A DNA stretch of 64,000 bases from an uncultured Gammaproteobacteria bacterium (lineage in GTDB: Bacteria > Patescibacteriota > Microgenomatia > Levybacterales > UBA12049), in contig CAYZZF010000003.1 in assembly GCA_964483115.1 (NCBI GenBank), positions 2,772 to 66,771 on the forward strand, written 5' to 3'. Shown here in pieces: positions 58,258 to 64,000 of the stretch (positions within the stretch are counted from its first letter, which is position 1; every line of letters begins with the position of its first letter). Both the position numbers and the translations under genes were made by a program. The notes below the pieces were generated by a model. That model was given only the letters and a program-made list of their open reading frames with translations, made no database searches and was not told where the DNA came from.

Positions 58258-59583
58258 CTAGTTAAAAATTAAGAAAAGAAAACCCATAATAATCATAGCA
58301 ATACCAGAACCTATTATAACCGTTGTAAGTCCAAAAAGATCCGAAAGACCTCCTGCTATAATTACCGGAAAAAATGAAACAGCTCCAATTAAGGCGTTTA
58401 AAAAACCATATACTCTTCCCCTCATTAATTCATTTGTTTCCATCTGTATAGTCGTGTTAGAAGGTATAAATACAAGAGAGATCGCAAACCCTATAATAAC
58501 TGCTAAGACAATAACAATATTTAGAATTGTAATATTAAGTGAGTAAGGAAGATAGGAATTAATTGTTTTTATAAAATTGTCTGATGTAACTCTATTTCCA
58601 AACGTAAATAAAATAAAGACAAAGCCTGAAAGTATAAAACCTATACAGCTTAGTAATTTGCGATCAAATTTTTTCCCAATGCTTCCCAAAAGTACTGCCC
58701 CAAACCCCATTCCTATCGCCGCAGGGGCTATAATAATCCATGATAAGCTTTCTAATTGAATTTTTAAAATTGTTGTTGCGTAACCCGGAGCAATTACGGC
58801 AAATGTAAAAATTATAGCTTGAGCGATAGTTAACATAATCAAAGCATGCATAACTTTTCTAGCTTTTCTCATAAATATAAATATTTCCCGTGCTTCATGA
58901 GCCAGGGATGGGACAGTCTGCGATAACAAATCCGTATTTTTTCTTTTTTTAGGAAGAGTTATTAAGAGAATAAAAAAAGTGCTTAAGAAGAACAAAACTG
59001 AGAGGAAAAAAAATGTAGTTGTTCTGCCAAATAAAAGAATAATAGGACCTGAAAATATGTAGCCTAGAAGCATTGTCCCGTAAATACCCAATGAAAAAAC
59101 AGCATTTGCAGCAAGAAGAAGATTTTTTGGCACAAGACTTGGGATAATTGCTCCCTCTGCGGGTAGGAAAAACTGCGTAGTAACTGCAATCAAAAATGTC
59201 AGTGTATATATTAAACTTACATGAAGATTTCTAATTAAAAAAGGTAAAATAAGAAGACCGCGAATGAGATTTGTGTAAAACAGAACACTTTTTTTATTCC
59301 ATCTGTCCACATACATACCAGAGACTAAGCTAAAAAGAAGAGCCGGAATTGTAAATGAAAGAATAATTCCCGAAACCGCAGTATTTGATTTGGTAAGTTC
59401 GAAGACCACAAATATCAAAACGAAGTGCTGCATATTAAATGCGAGCTGGGAAAAAAATTCGGAAATCATCATAAAGGAAAACGAACGAATGCGAAGGGCG
59501 GCGAACATATCATTTGTGGTAATAGTTTTTTTGATGAAGCCCATTTTATACTTTCTCGCTGTACTCCCCAGTTCTTGTATCAA
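58258..59583 (-). CDS. MFS-type transporter
   Basis: About 12 TM helices and an MFS-like loop motif. The start may be internal, since the 3' region overlaps efp by 38 nt. Confidence 0.55.
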   Translation of the reverse strand: MIQELGSTARKYKMGFIKKTITTNDMFAALRIRSFSFMMISEFFSQLAFNMQHFVLIFVVFELTKSNTAVSGIILSFTIPALLFSLVSGMYVDRWNKKSVLFYTNLIRGLLILPFLIRNLHVSLIYTLTFLIAVTTQFFLPAEGAIIPSLVPKNLLLAANAVFSLGIYGTMLLGYIFSGPIILLFGRTTTFFFLSVLFFLSTFFILLITLPKKRKNTDLLSQTVPSLAHEAREIFIFMRKARKVMHALIMLTIAQAIIFTFAVIAPGYATTILKIQLESLSWIIIAPAAIGMGFGAVLLGSIGKKFDRKLLSCIGFILSGFVFILFTFGNRVTSDNFIKTINSYLPYSLNITILNIVIVLAVIIGFAISLVFIPSNTTIQMETNELMRGRVYGFLNALIGAVSFFPVIIAGGLSDLFGLTTVIIGSGIAMIIMGFLFLIFN

Positions 59584-60100
59584 GACTTATGCTGTCTCCT
59601 ACTTTTATAAAAAGTGGCACTTTGGTTTTTATACCATTTTCTAAAACTGCGTCTTTGAAGACATTTGTTGCGCTGTTACCTTTTATAGATGCACCTGTTT
59701 CTATTACTTTAAATTTCATCTTAGGTGGCAGATCCAAAGACAAAGCTTCGTCCCCAAAAAAACTTATATTAAAATTTTCGCCCTCCTTTAGATATTCGTA
59801 ATATTGAAACTTAATAAGAGAAATAGAGATCTGCTCAAACGTCAAAGGGTTCATAAAATAAGCGTTCTGTCTATCTTTATAGAGAAACTGGAGTTCTTTT
59901 TTTTCAAGTCTTATATCATTAACTCTTGCCCCACTTATAAAACTTTTGTTTGTTAATGCACCATTTCGCAAATTTCTAACTTTGACTTTAATATTAGCAC
60001 TTCCCCGCCCCATCTTTATATGCTCATAGGAAAGGACCTGGAAAATTTGTCCCTCAGCTTCAAATGTTGCACCAGCTCTAAGTTCTGTTACAGAAACCAT
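59546..60100 (-). CDS. efp: Elongation factor P
   Basis: N-terminal KOW-like domain with the conserved Gly-rich loop KMGRGSANIKVKVRNL, plus OB domains. Confidence 0.8.
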   Translation of the reverse strand: MVSVTELRAGATFEAEGQIFQVLSYEHIKMGRGSANIKVKVRNLRNGALTNKSFISGARVNDIRLEKKELQFLYKDRQNAYFMNPLTFEQISISLIKFQYYEYLKEGENFNISFFGDEALSLDLPPKMKFKVIETGASIKGNSATNVFKDAVLENGIKTKVPLFIKVGDSISLDTRTGEYSEKV

Positions 60101-60213
60101 AATTTAAAAATTAAAACTCAAAGCTCAAAATGAAAAACTACAACGCCAATCGTAAATCTTTTAAAAATTTGTGAAGTTTTGAGATTCAAAGATGTAAATT
60201 TGACATTTGAGAT
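60101..60213. repeat. AT-rich heptamer-repeat palindromic element (copy 2)
   Basis: AAAACTCAAAGCTCAAAATGAAAAACT ... TTTTGAGATTCAAAGATGTAAATTTGACATTTGAGATTTAAGTTTTCAGATTC. Arms are related by reverse complement. Confidence 0.45.
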
Positions 60214-61182
60214 TTAAGTTTTCAGATTCTTTATTCTCTTAACTCGTATTAATCCCGAACACGGAACTATTACTATCCCCTTCTTTTCCAATTGATCCAG
60301 AAATATATTTGCCCCAATTGAATCCGACGCCATATGTCCTGTATTAATAACATTAATATGAAGTTTTTTAATCTCCTGTAAAGCCTCTTCGGGAATATGC
60401 ATATCAATGACAGTACCAATTCCTGCTTTTGCCATTTCCACATAAAGTTCTTTAGATGGATTCGTACCTCCTGTAAATGAGATAAAAATTTTACCAGCCC
60501 TTGAGTTTTCAGAACCCGACAAAATCATAGGACCTGCTTTTCCTCTTCTTGCTTCTATAAATTCTGGAAGTTTATTTATTTCATCGACTATTTCCCCTAC
60601 TCTGTCAAATTTTTTCTTCGAAAGATAATCATTCATAAACTTGTTCCCAAGATTGTCCCAAATAGTATGGAGAGCAAGAAATGGAATATTTAAAAGTCTT
60701 GCTGCATCAATATCTTGTCCATGATTTCTTGGGTCTATTCTCCTTCTCACAGTGCCTTTCCTTTCTTCAAAAAGAGCATGTGCAACATTGGCGGGAATTC
60801 CTGCCTCTTCAAACATATCAACCTGGACATCCATTACCTCATGAAGACTTGCTAGTGCATAGCCTGTTGGATGATGAGAAATAAGAAGGTCTATTTTCTC
60901 TCCTTTTTGGTTTAATCTATCCAAAAGCAAAAGGTCCGCAACCCCGGCGTCAATTCCTGCCATAAGCTTTTTCACTTTTGCCTTAGGATCTCCGTACAAA
61001 ATTCTTGAGTCAGAATATGGATTTTTTAAAGATTCCTTATCAAAAAACTCTTTCTTTCCTGCTGGTAATTCTTCGTATTCTTTTCTAGTTTTTTCTAAAA
61101 ATTTTTTAACTCTGGCTACACCGCGGGGATCCGATTTTATGGCCATCTCAATTCCTAAATCGTAAATTTGTTGAAGTGTCAT
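60214..61182 (-). CDS. Nif3-family (YqfO/YbgI-like) dinuclear metal-centre protein
   Basis: LLISHHP and C-terminal NTGHMASD match the Nif3 metal-binding His clusters. Confidence 0.45.
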   Translation of the reverse strand: MTLQQIYDLGIEMAIKSDPRGVARVKKFLEKTRKEYEELPAGKKEFFDKESLKNPYSDSRILYGDPKAKVKKLMAGIDAGVADLLLLDRLNQKGEKIDLLISHHPTGYALASLHEVMDVQVDMFEEAGIPANVAHALFEERKGTVRRRIDPRNHGQDIDAARLLNIPFLALHTIWDNLGNKFMNDYLSKKKFDRVGEIVDEINKLPEFIEARRGKAGPMILSGSENSRAGKIFISFTGGTNPSKELYVEMAKAGIGTVIDMHIPEEALQEIKKLHINVINTGHMASDSIGANIFLDQLEKKGIVIVPCSGLIRVKRIKNLKT

Positions 61183-61311
61183 AAAGGAAAGTATATAATA
61201 ATAAAGTTAAAAATGCAAAACAAATCACTAATCTGGAATTAGGAATCATGGTCGTTAAATCATAAGTTTTACCTAATTCTTGGTTCGTAATTCATGCTTC
61301 CAAAAAATGCT

Positions 61312-61394
61312 GGCGCGGTGGTGAAATGGTAGACACGCTGCTCTCAAAAAGCAGTGAAGGCAACTTCATGAGAGTTCGACTCTCTCCCGCGCCA
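61312..61394 (+). tRNA. tRNA-Leu (anticodon CAA)
   Basis: Acceptor GGCGCGG/CCGCGCC. Anticodon stem CTGCT/AGCAG with loop CTCAAAA. Long variable arm. T-arm GAGAG-TTCGACT-CTCTC. No encoded CCA. Confidence 0.7.
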
Positions 61395-61562
61395 CTAAAT
61401 GGGGGGCCCGCAAAGGTCTAATAAAGAATCTGCTCCGACCACAACACCGACAAATTTCCTCTGCAAAAAAGAGATTGGCCCAATTTCCATATTTTCTCTA
61501 GCAATCTTATATCACTCCAACTTCGACTTCCTTCGGAACTACCAAATAAAGGTTCTTTTTTT

Positions 61563-61778
61563 CTAGACGCCGATTTTGGCTGCAATTGTAGCCAATTTTT
61601 CCTCAATTCGCTCTAGAGCTGCTAAAATCTGCTCATGAGGTGGTCCCTCTGGCCCTCCTCCCATTAGCCCGCCTGTTGGTGGGGGCGGTGGGGGCGGCAT
61701 ACCTCCCATAGAAGGTGGGACGTCTCCTCCTGGCATCGTCGGCTCTCCTGGTTGATTTTGATTTAGCGGATCATCCAT
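61563..61778 (-). CDS. Small Pro/Gly-rich protein (71 aa) with an amphipathic C-terminus
   Basis: Strong SD AAAGGGGGTGA 8 nt upstream of the ATG. MDDPLNQNQPGEPTMPGGDVPPSMGGMPPPPPPPTGGLMGGGPEGPP...ILAALERIEEKLATIAAKIGV. Locally GC-rich. Confidence 0.4.
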   Translation of the reverse strand: MDDPLNQNQPGEPTMPGGDVPPSMGGMPPPPPPPTGGLMGGGPEGPPHEQILAALERIEEKLATIAAKIGV

Positions 61779-61794
61779 TACTTATCACCCCCTT

Positions 61795-61935
61795 TAAAAA
61801 ATTCCAAATTAAAAATTTTAAATCCTAAATAAATTACATTTCTCAAAATATTAAAATATAAACCGTTTTGGATTTAGGTTTTGTGATTTTGATATTGTTT
61901 AGAATTTATAAATTAGTGCTTAGAATTTTATCTTG
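61795..61935. repeat. AT-rich heptamer-repeat palindromic element (copy 3)
   Basis: AAAAATTCCAAATTAAAAATTTTAAATCCTAAATAAATTACATTTCTCAAAAT ... GTTTTGGATTTAGGTTTTGTGATTTTGATATT. Confidence 0.5.
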
Positions 61936-63255
61936 TTATTCTTCGTGTTTTTTCTCTATATTATAAAATCTTATCCTATCTCCTCTGAAAAGTAAATCTA
62001 TTTCGCCAGTTGGTCCGTTTCTATGCTTGGCAATCAAAAGCTTTGTCGGTATTACATTACCAACTGCCTCTTCTGTTCTATATAAAAACATCACCACATC
62101 CGCATCCTGCTCTATTGCGCCACTTTCTCTAAGGTCTGCAAGTTGAGGTTTTTTCTCTCCTCTATGCTCGACCGCACGTGAGAGTTGAGAAACCGCAAGA
62201 ACAGGAATTTTAAGTTCTCTTGCCAAATTCTTAAGAGATTGCGAAATAACTGAAACTTCCTGGACTCTATTGTCATAATGTCTTCCCGGATCAACAAGCT
62301 GAAGATAATCAACAATAAGAAGCGCAATATTATGTTCAAGCTGAAGCCTTCGGGCTCTTGTTCTTATTTCTGAAACTGATGCTCCCGGTGTATCATCTAT
62401 AAAAATTGCCGCATCTGCCAAAAGCCCCATTGCCTCTGATAATTTTGGGAAATCTGATTCCGAAAGTCTGCCTGTTTTAAGTCTCCATGCATCCACATCC
62501 GCCTGACCTATCAAAAGCCTGTCAACCATTTCTTCTTGACTCATCTCTAAAGAGAATATTCCAACTGGCAATTTTTCTGAGACAGCGATAAACTGAGCTA
62601 TGTTTGCAACCATTGCTGTTTTACCCTGTCCAGGACGCGCTGCAAGTATAAGTAAATTTGAAGCCTGCATTCCAGACAAAGTGTTATCAACATCAACAAA
62701 TCCAGTCTTAATTCCTCTAAAACCTGCTCCTCTTTTATGCAACTCATCTATTCTATCAAAGCTTTCAGCCAACATCTCCTTAAGAGCAATAAATCCTCTT
62801 ATTCCATGCCCTTTGGATATAGAAAATATAGATGATTCAGCCTTGTCCAATAATTCATCTGCAGACTTCTCTTCTGTAAAACCCATTTCTGCAATTTGCC
62901 CACCTGCTGTGATAAGCGCCCTTTTTGTAGAGTCCTCTTTAATAATTTTTGTGTAATATTCTACGTTTGCTGCCGTTGGAACAGCATTTACAAGATCTGA
63001 TATATAAACAGGATCAACTGCATCTTTCTTCTTTTTCTTTTTAAGCTCTGAGGTTAAGGTTAAAATGTCAATAGGCTTTTGCTCCTCAAATAAAGAAAGC
63101 ATGACAGAATAAATAATTCCATTTACGTTGTTGTAGAAATCAGAAGATTTGATAATTTCAGAAACAATGCTTATCGCACTATTGTCGATAAGAATTGCTC
63201 CTAATATGCTCTGTTCTGCTTCTTCATTGTGAGGAGGGACTTTTACATTTGCCAT
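61936..63255 (-). CDS. dnaB: Replicative DNA helicase DnaB
   Basis: N-terminal PPHNEEAEQSILGAIL. Walker A ARPGQGKTA. RecA-like C-terminal domain. Confidence 0.9.
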   Translation of the reverse strand: MANVKVPPHNEEAEQSILGAILIDNSAISIVSEIIKSSDFYNNVNGIIYSVMLSLFEEQKPIDILTLTSELKKKKKKDAVDPVYISDLVNAVPTAANVEYYTKIIKEDSTKRALITAGGQIAEMGFTEEKSADELLDKAESSIFSISKGHGIRGFIALKEMLAESFDRIDELHKRGAGFRGIKTGFVDVDNTLSGMQASNLLILAARPGQGKTAMVANIAQFIAVSEKLPVGIFSLEMSQEEMVDRLLIGQADVDAWRLKTGRLSESDFPKLSEAMGLLADAAIFIDDTPGASVSEIRTRARRLQLEHNIALLIVDYLQLVDPGRHYDNRVQEVSVISQSLKNLARELKIPVLAVSQLSRAVEHRGEKKPQLADLRESGAIEQDADVVMFLYRTEEAVGNVIPTKLLIAKHRNGPTGEIDLLFRGDRIRFYNIEKKHEE

Positions 63256-63382
63256 AACTTATAAAAATTCCAAATTCCAAATAAATTTAAATGTTCAAAA
63301 TTCTAAATTCGAAATTGCTCCTGTATTTTGGTAATTCGAATTTTGATATTATTTTGGAATTTGATGCTTTGGATTTTGAATT
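63256..63382. repeat. AT-rich heptamer-repeat palindromic element (copy 4)
   Basis: AAATTCCAAATTCCAAATAAATTTAAATGTTCAAAATTCTAAATTCGAAATT ... TTTGGAATTTGATGCTTTGGATTTTGAATTTT. Confidence 0.55.
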
Positions 63383-63901
63383 TTAACCCAGCACGACAAC
63401 TTCCATTTCTTCTGGTAATTTTTCTGAGACAGAGAATTTTTGAAGAGACGTGATTTCTTTTCCAAATTCTTTTGCCAACACCGATGCCATTTCCCCATAC
63501 AAAATAACTACACTAGACTCAAATGAACTAATAATAGATTGATCAATCTCTAAGTCTGAATTTAAAATAAGTATCTTATAAGCTTTTCCATTCTGGGTTT
63601 TGCCTAGTGCGCTTAAATTTCCTAGAAGAACTCCTATGCTGCCAATATCCAGACTATATATAAGTTTATCTGCCAAGGCCTGAGTCGTAATTCTAATGCC
63701 CCCTATTTCGTATTCCCCAGGCCCCTCTATTAAAACCCGAAAGCCTTCGACTTTTGATGCATCAATATCTCCATTGCTTTTAAGAGACAAAATTCCGTCT
63801 GCATTTGTTTTTTTCATTTGCCCTGTTGGGTCAACCACAAGACTTGCGTTTTTAGCCTTAATTTTAATTGAATTTTTTAAAAGAAGCGTTACGTCCATCA
63901 A
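63383..63901 (-). CDS. Hypothetical protein (not L9, despite sitting in the usual rplI position upstream of dnaB)
   Basis: 172-aa ORF with no L9 signature and no recognisable motifs. Confidence 0.3.
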   Translation of the reverse strand: MMDVTLLLKNSIKIKAKNASLVVDPTGQMKKTNADGILSLKSNGDIDASKVEGFRVLIEGPGEYEIGGIRITTQALADKLIYSLDIGSIGVLLGNLSALGKTQNGKAYKILILNSDLEIDQSIISSFESSVVILYGEMASVLAKEFGKEITSLQKFSVSEKLPEEMEVVVLG

Positions 63902-64000
63902 CCCATCCTATCACAGTAAATTTTTCTTGACAAGAGGATTTTTTTATCTTATTATTCATTGTATCAAAAATGAAAAGAGAAAAAGTTCTACTCTCGTTTA

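Noticed and set aside
63383-63901. Expected ribosomal protein L9 (rplI) upstream of dnaB
   Set aside because: The ORF shows no similarity to the L9 N-terminus (MQVILL...GDxVxV). Called hypothetical instead.

Overview
This window is a low-GC (~33-35%) bacterial chromosomal segment read in the standard genetic code. Several essential proteins are domain-reduced: ThrRS lacks its N-terminal domains, PheT is 631 aa, the trigger factor is short, and a HolB-like protein has no Walker A motif. This is typical of small-genome, CPR/Patescibacteria-like lineages. Housekeeping content (coordinates in the features list):
- translation and RNA processing: tig, thrS-infC-rpmI-rplT, pheST, tyrS, rpmF-nusB-rnc, rpsP-KH-trmD, efp, a YebC-family regulator and an RluA-family pseudouridine synthase;
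- DNA replication and recombination: recG, a HolB-like protein, gyrB-(hypothetical)-ppa-gyrA, folD, xerC/D and dnaB;
- cell wall and envelope: a class A PBP, a murF-like ligase, a FemAB-family protein, an LCP-family protein and lgt;
- three tRNAs: Leu-TAG, Val-GAC and Leu-CAA.
A large minus-strand type IV pilus locus runs from 21.4 to 34.7 kb. It encodes pilO-pilN-pilM, a PilX-like protein, five pilin-like genes (one of them 501 aa with a Pro/Thr-rich tract), prepilin peptidase PilD, a sixth pilin behind a near-consensus sigma70 promoter, and pilC-pilT-pilB. An IS200/RAYT-type Y1 transposase flanked by REP-like hairpins is inserted between pilD and that promoter-driven pilin. Three signals are not explained by ordinary gene annotation. 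First, a family of AT-rich elements built from heptanucleotide tandem repeats occurs as imperfect palindromic intergenic blocks and also in-frame inside coding sequences. These include pilin leader peptides and an insertion in the pseudouridine synthase. Second, the hairpin motif CACCCCGAAGGTG recurs three times and is related to the RAYT-flanking REPs. Third, a polytopic membrane protein carries a C-terminal pseudopilin-like domain and sits next to an XRE-family regulator. Other notable items are a partial MerA-like oxidoreductase with a divergent ArsR-family regulator, a GC-richer block at 49-52.3 kb (trehalase, a Tat-signal protein, a hypothetical), and a 740-bp AT-rich stretch with no ORF. 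No CRISPR array, rRNA gene or recognisable defence-system gene was found.
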